This document shows positions 16,488 to 25,809 of a stretch of 55,492 nt of DNA, in pieces. The DNA comes from a virus (lineage: Duplodnaviria; Caudoviricetes). Position numbers and translations under genes: made by a program. The first letter of the stretch is position 1, and every line of letters begins with the position of its first letter. A model generated the notes under the pieces. The model was not told the origin of the DNA. It was given only the letters and a program-made list of their open reading frames with translations, and searched no databases. The stretch lies in the IMG/VR virus record IMGVR_UViG_3300010373_000056, positions 1 through 55,492 of that record; one strand, written 5' to 3'.

Positions 16488-16721
16488 CTATTTGGTGGTC
16501 GTCAGTTCGCCGGGTAGCAGCGAGGTCGGAGCAATGTCCAGGACTTCGGCTGCCCGGTAGATCTCGTCCACGGTGAACGGCACGTCGCCGTTGAGCCGCC
16601 GGGTGGCCGCCGAGAGGGACATGTCCAACGAGTCAGCGAACGACTGGCGCGATATGCGCAGACGGGCTAAGTTGGCACGGACCTCAGCGGCTACCCTCTG
16701 AGCGGTGGGGTTGGTCGCCAT
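16488..16721 (-). CDS. cro: Cro-like XRE HTH protein
   Basis: VAAEVRANLAR..ISRQSFA..L.MS..AATRRLNG..PFTVDEI; divergent from the repressor. Confidence 0.85.
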   Translation of the reverse strand: MATNPTAQRVAAEVRANLARLRISRQSFADSLDMSLSAATRRLNGDVPFTVDEIYRAAEVLDIAPTSLLPGELTTTK

Positions 16722-16727
16722 AGGACT

Positions 16728-16757
16728 AACTTAGGACATGAGCGGCACGCATGTCAA
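16728..16757 (-). promoter_or_regulatory. Early lytic promoter (leaderless cro mRNA)
   Basis: Minus strand TTGACA-18 nt-TAAGTT-6 nt-ATG. Confidence 0.75.
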
Positions 16758-16805
16758 CCCGTGCGCGCATAACTTTTTCGGCCAGCGGCAAACGTCCGCG
16801 CTAAT

Positions 16806-16836
16806 TTGACAAAACCAGCCGCGTAGTGGTTATTCT
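16806..16836 (+). promoter_or_regulatory. Repressor promoter (leaderless)
   Basis: TTGACA-19 nt-TATTCT-6 nt-ATG. Confidence 0.6.
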
Positions 16837-16842
16837 CGTCGC

Positions 16843-17232
16843 ATGACGAAAGCCATCGTTTCCGAGATGCCCGATCGTGGGGACTCTCTGCGGGCGCAAG
16901 TGGCCGCCGAGGTCCGTTCCGAGCTCAGCCGCAAGAAGATCACGGTCAACAAGCTGCCCGGGCTGATCGGCGAGAGCCAGTCGTACTGGTCTCGACGCAT
17001 CGGGTCGGCCCAGGTTGCGCTCTCGGTCGACGACCTAGAGCGACTGTCGGGGTTGCTTGAGTTGCCGCCGTGGCGGTTCCTGACGACGCGGCCGCAGAAC
17101 GGCGCTCCGCCGCCTTCGTGGGGCTCGGGGTGGGCCCCGCGGGGCTCGAACCCGCAACCTACGGATTACAAGGTGGACGGATCGGTCGCGCTGGCCGATG
17201 TCATCCCGCTTACTCGTCGGCGAACAGGGTGA
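16843..17232 (+). CDS. Immunity repressor (XRE HTH) with attP inside its 3' end
   Basis: VAAEVRSELSRKK...SQSYWSRRI; tRNA-derived WAPRGSNPQPTD segment. Confidence 0.85.
   Translation: MTKAIVSEMPDRGDSLRAQVAAEVRSELSRKKITVNKLPGLIGESQSYWSRRIGSAQVALSVDDLERLSGLLELPPWRFLTTRPQNGAPPPSWGSGWAPRGSNPQPTDYKVDGSVALADVIPLTRRRTG
17129..17168 (-). other. attP common core (3' half of a tRNA, probably Lys)
   Basis: Minus strand TAATCCGTAGGTTGCGGGTTCGAGCCCCGCGGGGCCCACC: T-arm GGTTCGA plus acceptor 3' strand, next to the integrase. Confidence 0.85.
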
Positions 17233-17312
17233 CCAGTCCACTCCGTAAGTTGCCATCGGCAACTAATGTCTTCCCCTTCCCTCGTTGTGTGCCCGCTGTT
17301 AACTTGTCCGGC

Positions 17313-18137
17313 ATGCCGGGGTCCCGCTTAACAGAGTGGGAACAATGGATGCGAGCCGCGAGCCTCGCCCCGCGCACCATTCAGGCCCGCATTGACCTGG
17401 TCCTGCTCTTCGCCGAGCGGACCGGACTCGACCCCACCGGGGCCAGTTGGCAAGACCTCACGATGTTCCTTGCCGCGCTGGCTGGGGCCGGGACCCGCCA
17501 GACCTACCAGGGCCACTTCCGAGCCTGGTATCAATGGCTCGTCCGCATGGAGTACCGACCAGACGACCCGACGCAGAAACTCCACAAACAGCGCGTGCCG
17601 CGACGCAGCCCCCGCCCGTTCACCATCGGCCAGGTCTCGAAGATCCTCAGCCAAAGGATGCACCGACGGACCCGGGCCATGGTGCTCCTCGGCGCATACG
17701 AGGGCTTCCGGGTCAGCGAGATCGCCAAGGTCGCCGGCCCGCACATCGAAGGCCCCAACATCTGGGTCGAGGGCAAGGGCGGCGTGGTCGACAAGGTCCC
17801 GCTCCATCCGCTGGTCGCCGAGGTCGCCGAGACATTCCCAGCCCGCGACTTCTGGTTCCCGTCGCACGTCCGGCCTGGCCCGATGACAGGTAACTCCGCG
17901 TCACGGATTATCTCCGATCTGATCGCCCGGGCTGGTGTCGACGGGACCGCGCATCAGCTCCGGCACTTCTTTCTCACCGAGGCTCTCCGAGCGTCAGGCG
18001 GCAACTTGAAGGTCGCCCAGGAACTGGGCCGACATGCGTCCATCGCGACGACGGCCGGTTACACCAAGGTCGACGACGAGGAGCGGCGTGCGGCGGTGTT
18101 CGCGTTGCCGCGACCGCTCCGGCTGATCTCCAGTTAG
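17313..18137 (+). CDS. int: Tyrosine integrase without an arm-binding domain
   Basis: GFRVSEI, GKGG, HQLRH, LGRH, TTAGY catalytic motifs; start uncertain. Confidence 0.92.
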   Translation: MPGSRLTEWEQWMRAASLAPRTIQARIDLVLLFAERTGLDPTGASWQDLTMFLAALAGAGTRQTYQGHFRAWYQWLVRMEYRPDDPTQKLHKQRVPRRSPRPFTIGQVSKILSQRMHRRTRAMVLLGAYEGFRVSEIAKVAGPHIEGPNIWVEGKGGVVDKVPLHPLVAEVAETFPARDFWFPSHVRPGPMTGNSASRIISDLIARAGVDGTAHQLRHFFLTEALRASGGNLKVAQELGRHASIATTAGYTKVDDEERRAAVFALPRPLRLISS

Positions 18138-18211
18138 CTCGGTAACCAACCTATGGACCTAACGCAGAGTTGACGCTACGCTGCCCCGCATATCAGTTGA
18201 GGAGATCAACA

Positions 18212-18844
18212 ATGACCACGATCGACGACTACGCCAGGGAGAATATCGCCCAAGAGGAGGCCGAGCGCGACCCGTTCACCGTCGAGCGCTACCAGCAGTT
18301 CGTCCGCCACCTGCCACCGGACCCGAGGGTCGTCCTCGACGTCGGTTGCTCCACCGGGCGCGGGGGCCAGGAACTCGTCACCGCCCGCCCCGACATCGAA
18401 CTGTGGGGAATCGACGTCCTCCAATCCCGCCTCGACGCCCTCCCCGACGCCTACGCGAAGCGGGTGCTGGGCCTCTCCACCGACATCCCGCTCGAAGACG
18501 GCACGGTGGATGTCATCGTCGCCGGGGAGTTCCTCGAGCACCTCCGGCCCCGCGACGTCGACCCGACGCTGTGCGAGTTCCAGCGCGTCCTCCGCGTCGG
18601 CGGCCGGCTGATCCTGACCACGCCCAACCCGAGCTCGCTGCGCCTCCGCTTGCAGCACCTGACCGTCTACACGCCCGGGCACCTGACCCAGCACCATGTG
18701 TCGACGTTGCGCCGCCGGTTGAAGATGCACGGATTCCGCAACGTGCGGACCTGGGGCACCGGCAAGATGAGCCGCAAGATCGGCACCAACGTCCCGCTCA
18801 TGCCGCTCTACGGCAGCTACCTGATGCGGGCGGACAAGAAGTGA
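18212..18844 (+). CDS. Class I SAM-dependent methyltransferase (type 11-like)
   Basis: VLDVGCSTG, EFLEHL, RVLRVGGRLILTTPN; RBS GAGGAG. Confidence 0.88.
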   Translation: MTTIDDYARENIAQEEAERDPFTVERYQQFVRHLPPDPRVVLDVGCSTGRGGQELVTARPDIELWGIDVLQSRLDALPDAYAKRVLGLSTDIPLEDGTVDVIVAGEFLEHLRPRDVDPTLCEFQRVLRVGGRLILTTPNPSSLRLRLQHLTVYTPGHLTQHHVSTLRRRLKMHGFRNVRTWGTGKMSRKIGTNVPLMPLYGSYLMRADKK

Positions 18845-19347
18845 AGCGCCTGCTGATTGGAGTTCCAGCGCTCTGTCTGCTGGCCGCGTGCGGCGGATCC
18901 AAGACGACCGCGAATCCGCCCGCTGCGCCAGGCACCACGGCGGCGGCAGTCGTGGCGTCCAGCAGTGCGACCGCCTGGACGACGCAGGAGGCTGGGCAGC
19001 AATACCTCGCCATGATCGCCGAGCCCAACAAGGACATCACTGCGCTCCGAGCCCTGCCCGACACCGCCACGGCGGCCCAGTACACCGCCATCGCCAAGCA
19101 ACTGACGACCGACCTGGCGACGTTCGCGACCGCGCTCAACGCCGGGAAGTGGCCGAGCCAGGTGCAGGCGAAGGTCGACGCCGACGAGACCAGTGTTCTG
19201 GCAGAGCGATCCATCTTTCAATCTATCTCACAGGCCACGTCGACCGCAGACATCAACAGCATCCTGTCGGCCAACCAGGCGACGCTCACCACGGCCACGG
19301 CCAACTCCGAGGCCCTGCGCATAGCCTTGGGGCTGGCCAGCAACTGA
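18841..19347 (+). CDS. Lipoprotein
   Basis: MKRLLIGVPALCLLAAC lipobox. Confidence 0.8.
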   Translation: MKRLLIGVPALCLLAACGGSKTTANPPAAPGTTAAAVVASSSATAWTTQEAGQQYLAMIAEPNKDITALRALPDTATAAQYTAIAKQLTTDLATFATALNAGKWPSQVQAKVDADETSVLAERSIFQSISQATSTADINSILSANQATLTTATANSEALRIALGLASN

Positions 19348-19360
19348 GAACGCGGAAAGC

Positions 19361-19396
19361 GCCCCGCCCACCGTCATGGGGAACGGTGGGCGGGGC
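19361..19396. terminator. Bidirectional terminator hairpin
   Basis: 14-bp perfect stem GCCCCGCCCACCGT/ACGGTGGGCGGGGC between convergent genes. Confidence 0.8.
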
Positions 19397-19416
19397 AGCG
19401 TGCGGGCCGTGAAGGG

Positions 19417-19782
19417 CTAGACGAAGACGATCTGAGAGCCGCGCCGGATGACGGCGGTGGCGGGGTTGGCTCCGAGCTTCGCCCACACATACCAAGTGCC
19501 GGTCACGGGGACGAAGTTAGAGCCGCCGATCAGGACGGCGGCCTCCAGCCAATGCAACGTGGTGCCGGAGATGCTGGACGTGGTGCCGGACTGGGTGAGC
19601 AGGTTCCCGCCCGTGATCCAACCCCCGGCCATGGTGGCGGCTTCGACGTCGGTGCCGAACGAGAGCGCGATCGTGTCGCTGGAGATGTCGACGCCGGTCT
19701 GCTCGGTGAACCGCTCCCAGTAGGTCGGCTCGTTCGCCCCCGAGGAGACCCAGATCGTTTGCGGTTTGACGGGCTGCGTCAT
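19417..19782 (-). CDS. Minor virion / fibre-associated protein
   Basis: 121 aa, GTWYVWAKL; last gene of the late operon. Confidence 0.6.
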   Translation of the reverse strand: MTQPVKPQTIWVSSGANEPTYWERFTEQTGVDISSDTIALSFGTDVEAATMAGGWITGGNLLTQSGTTSSISGTTLHWLEAAVLIGGSNFVPVTGTWYVWAKLGANPATAVIRRGSQIVFV

Positions 19783-19783
19783 G

Positions 19784-22468
19784 TCAGCTCCTGGTCGTCA
19801 GTAGCCACTGGTCGTCGCCCGTGGTCAAGTGGTAGGCGTCGGTCCCGCTGGTCAGGGGCCATTGGTCCGTCTCGGTCGCGAGCGGCCAGCGGTCGCCTTG
19901 GGTCGTGAGCAGCCATTGGTCCGGCTGGGTCGCGAGGACCACGTCGATGTTGCGGCGCGGATGCGGGGCGGATGCGGTGAGGCTGCCAAGGAAGCCCAGG
20001 ACCGCGCTGACACCCTTGCCGATGCGCTTGGGGATGGACCCTGTGAACGAGAGACCGGCGGCTAGGCCGTGCGTGATGCGGCGGGGCATTGAGCCGGTGA
20101 AGGTCACTCCAGCGGAGAGGGCCTTGCCTATTTGCTTCACCTGCGAGCCGGTGAAGGACAGGCCCCCCGACAGTCCCTTGCCTATCGAGCGCGTCTGCGA
20201 CCCGGTGAAGCTGAGGCTGGCACTGAGGGACTGCACGAAATGATGCACCGACGCGGTGGCCAGGCTGCCGGTGAAGGACAGTCCGGCGCTGAGCGCGTGT
20301 TTGGTGTTGCGCGTGAGCGAACCCGTGAACGACAACCCAGCTGTCAGTCCATGCTTGACGTTGCGGGGCATTGAGCCGACGAACGAGAGCCCGGCGCTCA
20401 GTTGCTTCCCGATGGTCCGGGGAAGCGCCCCCGCGAAGCTGAGGCCCGCCGCGAGGCTCTTGCCGACCGAGCGGGCCTGAGAGCCTGTGAACGAGAGGCT
20501 TGCGCTGAACGACTGGATGTAGTGGTGGACCGACGCGGTGGCAAGCGACCCGGTGAACGACAGACCGGCGGAGATCGTGCGTGCCGTGGCCCGAGTCAGG
20601 GAGCCCGTGAAGCTCAGTCCCGCGCTGATGCCGTGCGCGATATTGCGGACAATCGCTCCAGTGAAGGACAGGCCAGCCGTGAGGGCTTTGCCGATCGACT
20701 TGGGGAGCGCCCCGGTGAACAAGAGCCCGCCCGCGAGCCCCTTGCCGACCGACTTAACCTGCGAGCCGGTGAAGGACAGGCCCCCCGACAGGTTCTGTAC
20801 ATAGCGGTGGACCACGGCGGTGGTCAGGGACCCGGTGAAGCTGAGCCCTGCCGCGATGGCGTGAGCGGTTGAGCGGGTGAGGCTGCCGGTGAAGGACAGT
20901 CCGGCCGCTATTCCCTTGGTGATCGCCCGGGACTGGCTGCCAGTGAAGGAGAGTCCGGCGCTGAGGGCTTTGCCGATGGCCCGAGTCTGGCTGCCGGTGA
21001 ACGACAAGCCGCCGGATAGTCCCTTGCCAATTGCCCGGGATTGCGATCCAGTGAAACTCAGACCTGCTGTGAGGATCTTGGCGGTTCGGCGCGTCACGGA
21101 CCCCGCGAAGGACAGCCCGGCGGCCAGGGTCTTCACGGTGGCCCGGGTGAGCGCGCCTGTGAACGAAAGGCCAGCGGTGACGGTTTTCGCGGTTGCCTTG
21201 GATTGCGAGCCCGTGAAGCTGAGACCCGCCGAGAGATTCTGGGTGTAAGCCGTCCCGCCGGATGGCTTGATGAACATGAGCAGCGCGGCCCATGAGCCAG
21301 AGCCCGCGTTGGCGTACCAGTTGGCGTTCAGCGAGCCGGTGGTCCGGGCGACAGCGGTGGCGAGGTAGGACTGGTGGAACGCCGAGCCCGAGCCGACCGT
21401 GGTGGTCGCCCCGAAGGGGTAGTCCGCGATCGGCTGAAGGTTGTTGGAGTTGTTCGAGGACAGGAACGACAGGACGAGGTCGCCGACGGTCGCCACGGTC
21501 CCGGATGGACCCGAGGGGGTCGTGCCGCCACTGGCCGTCGCGGTCGTGATGTCGAGGAACGTCGAGTTGCCGCCGGATATCTCCAGCAGAACGCCGTTGA
21601 TGATGTCGCCCGTCGTCGTGACGGTCCAGGTGTTCGACGCGGCGTCCCCGGTCGTGGTGTCCCCCGTGGTGACCGGGCGGGTCCAGGACGTGACCTGCCC
21701 GCCACCCGCGTCGCTGGCCGTCGCGTCGGATGTGAACGCTACCGTCGTGGCCGGGGCGGACGGGGTGAACGACTGCCGGGAGCCGACCAGCAGGACGAAG
21801 GTGTTGCCGACAGTCGGAGTCGAGGGCAGCGTGAAGGTGATCGAGTTGCCCGAGACCGTCGAGCCCTGGATGTTCTGCTGGACGATGACCGGCGAGGTCG
21901 GCAAGTATTCGGCGAACGTGTCGACAAAGGTGATCGTCGTCAGACCGGTCGACGTCGGGCCGTTGACCGTGTTGGTGACCGTGAACGGGCCGCCCATTGT
22001 GCCGACGTTGCGGACCTTGAAAGTGACCTTGATCCAGTCGCCGGACGTGATCGACGTGGAGGTCGGGGCCACGGCGGCGAGGGCCTTGGCCGCGTCGGAC
22101 GTGCTGTACTCGGTGATCGTCGAGGGCACCGTGCGGTCGGACAGGATCGTGCCGAGGTTCGTGGTGCCCGTCGAGTCGTAGTGCTCGATCAGGATCCCTG
22201 CGCCCGCGTTGGCCGACGTCGAGGACTCCTTGCCTCGGATCGAGGCGGAGATGTTGCCGGACAGGGTGAACGAGGTGCCGACCTGATACCACCAAGTGAC
22301 GGCGGTGCCGCCGCCCGTGATGGTCAAGGGGATGTTGGTCCCGCTCGCCACGGTGTTCGTGACGATCGGGGAACCGGAGGTGTTGGGACCGGCTAGCGAG
22401 GCTAGGGCATATTGACCAGCGCCCCCGAGCGGGCAGACGGACGCACGCGCATAAAGCGTGGTGCTCAT
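19784..22468 (-). CDS. Repeat-rich putative tail fibre / adhesin
   Basis: Thr/Gly beta-rich N-terminal half, 23 x AGLSFTGS repeats, 5 x 9-aa C-terminal repeats. Confidence 0.75.
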   Translation of the reverse strand: MSTTLYARASVCPLGGAGQYALASLAGPNTSGSPIVTNTVASGTNIPLTITGGGTAVTWWYQVGTSFTLSGNISASIRGKESSTSANAGAGILIEHYDSTGTTNLGTILSDRTVPSTITEYSTSDAAKALAAVAPTSTSITSGDWIKVTFKVRNVGTMGGPFTVTNTVNGPTSTGLTTITFVDTFAEYLPTSPVIVQQNIQGSTVSGNSITFTLPSTPTVGNTFVLLVGSRQSFTPSAPATTVAFTSDATASDAGGGQVTSWTRPVTTGDTTTGDAASNTWTVTTTGDIINGVLLEISGGNSTFLDITTATASGGTTPSGPSGTVATVGDLVLSFLSSNNSNNLQPIADYPFGATTTVGSGSAFHQSYLATAVARTTGSLNANWYANAGSGSWAALLMFIKPSGGTAYTQNLSAGLSFTGSQSKATAKTVTAGLSFTGALTRATVKTLAAGLSFAGSVTRRTAKILTAGLSFTGSQSRAIGKGLSGGLSFTGSQTRAIGKALSAGLSFTGSQSRAITKGIAAGLSFTGSLTRSTAHAIAAGLSFTGSLTTAVVHRYVQNLSGGLSFTGSQVKSVGKGLAGGLLFTGALPKSIGKALTAGLSFTGAIVRNIAHGISAGLSFTGSLTRATARTISAGLSFTGSLATASVHHYIQSFSASLSFTGSQARSVGKSLAAGLSFAGALPRTIGKQLSAGLSFVGSMPRNVKHGLTAGLSFTGSLTRNTKHALSAGLSFTGSLATASVHHFVQSLSASLSFTGSQTRSIGKGLSGGLSFTGSQVKQIGKALSAGVTFTGSMPRRITHGLAAGLSFTGSIPKRIGKGVSAVLGFLGSLTASAPHPRRNIDVVLATQPDQWLLTTQGDRWPLATETDQWPLTSGTDAYHLTTGDDQWLLTTRS

Positions 22469-22518
22469 CCGCTACTCCGCTCGGGGCCGAAGGTCTAGAT
22501 CAGAGGAGTGCGTCGCGG

Positions 22519-23700
22519 TTAGCTGGGTTCGGGCAGGGTCGTGCCGTCGTCCCACTTGTTGTTCGTCCACGAGTTGTGGTTCGCCGCGTCTTTGCTGGAC
22601 GTCCAGTCGGCCATCGGCCCGTACTGGCCGCACTTGCCGTTCGGCCCGCGCTGGAATGTGTCGTTGCTGAACGTCATGTAGGACGCGGACGGGTACGCCT
22701 TGCCCGTGTTGCCGATATTGGAGTAGGCGCAGAACGAGGGCCGGTAGGGGTCGGCGTTGATGCCGGTCCCGGACGCGGCGAGGAACAGGCTGTTGTTGAC
22801 GGTGACGTGGGCGATGGCCGAGAAGTCGCCGAATAGACCGAGGTCGCCCGAGCAGCCGCCAGTAGCGCCGGACACTTGGCTGACGAAGTTGCAGCCGATC
22901 GAGTCGTGCTCGAGATCCATCCCGACCGTTGCGCCGTTGAGACCGTTGGACCCGATCCCGTCGTAGTGGGTCGCGCCCTTGTCGATGAAGTCGTGCGTCC
23001 ACGAATCGGTGACGACGCAGTTGCCGTCGCACTGGATGCCGCCGTACGCGCCGCCGTGGACGTTGACCCGCGTCAGGTAGTAGTTGCCGCCGACGACCGC
23101 GTCCCGCTGGGAGTTGACGGTCGGCGCGAACTCGTCATCGGTGAGGACAAGTGGTCCGCTACCGGACGCATTATCGCCAGCGGTGTGGACGGTGCCAACG
23201 ATCAGCGAGTCCTGGATGGTGACGCATGGCGTGGATGCGGATGTGGTGCCGTTGCCGCCCGTGATCTCAATATCGCCCGTGATCTTGTAGCCGACCAGGA
23301 CCGTGCCGCACCCGAGGTTCAGCGAGCCCGAGTAGGTCGCGAGCGTCGTCCCGGCTGGGACCCCGGTGTTGGTCGCGTTGGGGAACGCGGCGGGCGGCGG
23401 GGGGGTCGTCGTCGTGGCACTGGGCGTCGGGGACGGAGACGGCGTGGTCGCAGTGGCTGTCACGGTGACGGTGGGACCGGGGGAAGTGACCGTGACCGTC
23501 GATGTGACCGTGCTTGTCACCTGGGGGACGACGCAACTGATCGAGAAGTTCGTCCCGTCATACGACGGCGACGAGCAGGACGCGGCGACCGATGTGGCGG
23601 CGGACGCGCCCGCCACGTATGCGACGATGCCGACCGCTGCCGCTGCGGCGAGGGCTGCGGCCGCGACGGCGGGCCGCTTGACGGCTGCTGGAATGCGCAT
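22519..23700 (-). CDS. Secreted-type parallel beta-helix (pectin-lyase-like) protein
   Basis: Signal peptide, Pro/Thr linker, FPNATNTGVPAG, HYDGI, many Cys. Confidence 0.65.
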   Translation of the reverse strand: MRIPAAVKRPAVAAAALAAAAAVGIVAYVAGASAATSVAASCSSPSYDGTNFSISCVVPQVTSTVTSTVTVTSPGPTVTVTATATTPSPSPTPSATTTTPPPPAAFPNATNTGVPAGTTLATYSGSLNLGCGTVLVGYKITGDIEITGGNGTTSASTPCVTIQDSLIVGTVHTAGDNASGSGPLVLTDDEFAPTVNSQRDAVVGGNYYLTRVNVHGGAYGGIQCDGNCVVTDSWTHDFIDKGATHYDGIGSNGLNGATVGMDLEHDSIGCNFVSQVSGATGGCSGDLGLFGDFSAIAHVTVNNSLFLAASGTGINADPYRPSFCAYSNIGNTGKAYPSASYMTFSNDTFQRGPNGKCGQYGPMADWTSSKDAANHNSWTNNKWDDGTTLPEPS

Positions 23701-23703
23701 AGG

Positions 23704-24600
23704 TCAGCCGCCCGAGTTGACGAGAAGCTGGTAGATGAACTGGATCGAGTCTCCGCTGGACACGTTGATCACCGAGAAGATCTTGTGGTCCCACATCACT
23801 GGCTTGATTGAGAAGGTTTCAGTGGCACCGGGGGTCGAGCCCGCCGCGCCGTTAGACTGGTTGAACCAGCCCGTGCTGCCGTTGGTAACCAGCGTGCCGA
23901 CGTGCGTGGTGTTGGATGCGTTCAAACCCCACACGGCGGTCGTGCCTGGGACGACGATCGACTGCTGCAAGCCACGCACGGTCGCCGACGACGCCGTCTG
24001 GGCCGAGCCCGTGTCCGTCCATGTCGTCGCCGTCGTGGCGGTGAACGGAGAGCCCGTCGTCGAGGACAGTGTCGCCTGAGAGAACAGGCCCCACTCGGTG
24101 ATCGCCAGCGAGCCGCCTGCGGTGATGGTCGCGGTCGTCTGGTACTTCGGAGCAGTGCCCGACCCGATGATCGACGCCGTGCCGGTCGCCGCAGTGGCGT
24201 TGGTGGGCGACGCCGGAGTCTGCATCTGGAAGTCGGTGACGGCGGCCGCCGTTCCCCCGGTGCCCCAGGCGTGGAAGTTCTGCGTGGTGAGCGTCGCGAG
24301 GTTGAGCTGCGCCGACCAGAACGGGTCGTTGGCCATGGCGAGCACGCCGACGTTGGTCACGAGGCCGGACCCCAGGTCGTGCTCGTGGATGACCTTGCCC
24401 GCCGGATCGCGGTGGATCGCGAACAATTCAGTGGAGAAAACCTCGCTGGCGAGGATGGTGGACTGGCCGGGGTCGTCGGTGAGGATGACCCGCTTGCCGC
24501 CGGGGAGGCGGATGCTGCGCGCCTTGTGCGGTTGCGGGGCCCGCAGCACGCGAGTCTTCAGAGTGCCGGTGAATCCGGCGCTACCTTCGTGAGTCGGCAT
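23704..24600 (-). CDS. Minor tail protein
   Basis: LVTNVG...AWGTG...ITEWGLF...INVSSGDSIQF; RBS GAAGGAG. Confidence 0.7.
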   Translation of the reverse strand: MPTHEGSAGFTGTLKTRVLRAPQPHKARSIRLPGGKRVILTDDPGQSTILASEVFSTELFAIHRDPAGKVIHEHDLGSGLVTNVGVLAMANDPFWSAQLNLATLTTQNFHAWGTGGTAAAVTDFQMQTPASPTNATAATGTASIIGSGTAPKYQTTATITAGGSLAITEWGLFSQATLSSTTGSPFTATTATTWTDTGSAQTASSATVRGLQQSIVVPGTTAVWGLNASNTTHVGTLVTNGSTGWFNQSNGAAGSTPGATETFSIKPVMWDHKIFSVINVSSGDSIQFIYQLLVNSGG

Positions 24601-24628
24601 TACAGGGGCTCCTTCTCGGGGGCACAGC

Positions 24629-24655
24629 AAAAAACCCCGGGGGTTGACCGGGGCT
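24629..24655 (-). terminator. Rho-independent terminator after the holin
   Basis: Minus strand GCCCCGG-loop-CCGGGG-TTTTTT. Confidence 0.75.
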
Positions 24656-24674
24656 CGAAAGAGGGAGTGCTGGG

Positions 24675-25052
24675 TTAGGCGGCGGGCGGTGCGGGCGGAG
24701 CAGCTGGCGCGGCGTGAGCGCCCTTGGTCGTGATGGAGATCCCGAACGGCAGACGCGGCAGCGAGAGCAGGAACTTGTCCAGATCGGGATCCTTGAAGAT
24801 GCCGACCCGGCCGAGCACGGCCAGCACGTAGGAGACGCCTGCGACCGCGAGGGCGGACTTCCAGTCGTAGTGGTGGATGTCCGTGGCGTTCCACCAGTCC
24901 AGCACGAAGCCGTTGACCGTCGAGATCGCGAGCGTGATCAGGCCGACGACCCAGCCTTTCCAGTGCTCGCGGGCGACCAGCGCCGACAGGCCAGGGATAA
25001 AGACGGACAGTGTCAGTGCGAGGACTAGCGCGGTGTCGATGTGGATGCTCAT
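24675..25052 (-). CDS. Holin
   Basis: Three hydrophobic segments, directly after the endolysin. Confidence 0.7.
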   Translation of the reverse strand: MSIHIDTALVLALTLSVFIPGLSALVAREHWKGWVVGLITLAISTVNGFVLDWWNATDIHHYDWKSALAVAGVSYVLAVLGRVGIFKDPDLDKFLLSLPRLPFGISITTKGAHAAPAAPPAPPAA

Positions 25053-25059
25053 GCTTCCC

Positions 25060-25809
25060 CTAGTGAGGCTGGTTGTTCGACGGTTTGGTGGCAGTCGACT
25101 GAGCCCAGTCCGCTGCGATGTCCATCCGGTCGCCGGTCACGTCGTCGTGCCCCTCGAAGCCGGGCATCGCCTTGACGGAGTTCCAGATATCGGGGTTCGC
25201 TATCCAGCGCCACCCGAGTCCCGAGAAGTTGTAGGCGTAGACGTTTGCGTTGCGTTCGGGGCAACGGATCGTTCGGAACATCTCGTCCTCCGGGATGACA
25301 GCAGGTGGAGTGATGGGTGTGCCGCCGCCTTGGGGCGTGAGGCCGTCGATGGTGGGCCAGTAGTCGGCGACGATCGAGCGGTCGAAGCCGGGCGGCACGT
25401 CGAGTTGGTCCTGGAGCGCGTAGGCGACGCCGAGGGGCAGGGTTGGGATCTGCCACTTCGTGCCATCGGCTATCCAGTAACCCGGCTGGGCGACGCCCGC
25501 GTTGCGGATCGCCTGCGAAATAGCGGGATACCAGGTGTTCAGGCCGCAGTAGATGGTGGGCACGTAGCCAGCGGCTCGGGAGATGTTCACCCAGTTGACG
25601 CCGTCGGACGCTGAGCCGTTGCCTGGCTCGCAGTCGTACACCTGCGCGGGGACGGACGGGTCGATGGTGATCCCGATGTACAGCTTCCCTGGGTGCAGGG
25701 CCTTCATCGTGGCCATATTGGAGTACAAGCCGTTGACATAGCCGGCGTAGATGTCGCCGTCGGTCGGCAGGTGTGCGGGGGTGACCCCGTCGTACATGAC
25801 TCGGGTCAT
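25060..25809 (-). CDS. Endolysin (GH25/TIM-barrel muramidase-like)
   Basis: MYDGV...AGYVNG...YDCEPG...PTIYC...YWIA...DRSIV. Confidence 0.7.
   Translation of the reverse strand: MTRVMYDGVTPAHLPTDGDIYAGYVNGLYSNMATMKALHPGKLYIGITIDPSVPAQVYDCEPGNGSASDGVNWVNISRAAGYVPTIYCGLNTWYPAISQAIRNAGVAQPGYWIADGTKWQIPTLPLGVAYALQDQLDVPPGFDRSIVADYWPTIDGLTPQGGGTPITPPAVIPEDEMFRTIRCPERNANVYAYNFSGLGWRWIANPDIWNSVKAMPGFEGHDDVTGDRMDIAADWAQSTATKPSNNQPH

Noticed and set aside
17129-17210. Complete tRNA gene
   Set aside because: Only the 3' half is present; the anticodon stem 5' strand and D-arm do not pair
17313-18137. Integron integrase (IntI) acting on the cassette repeats
   Set aside because: No IntI-specific insertion is visible before the HxLRH motif and the adjacent tRNA attP explains its role; the arms also lack clear canonical RYYYAAC/GTTRRRY boxes
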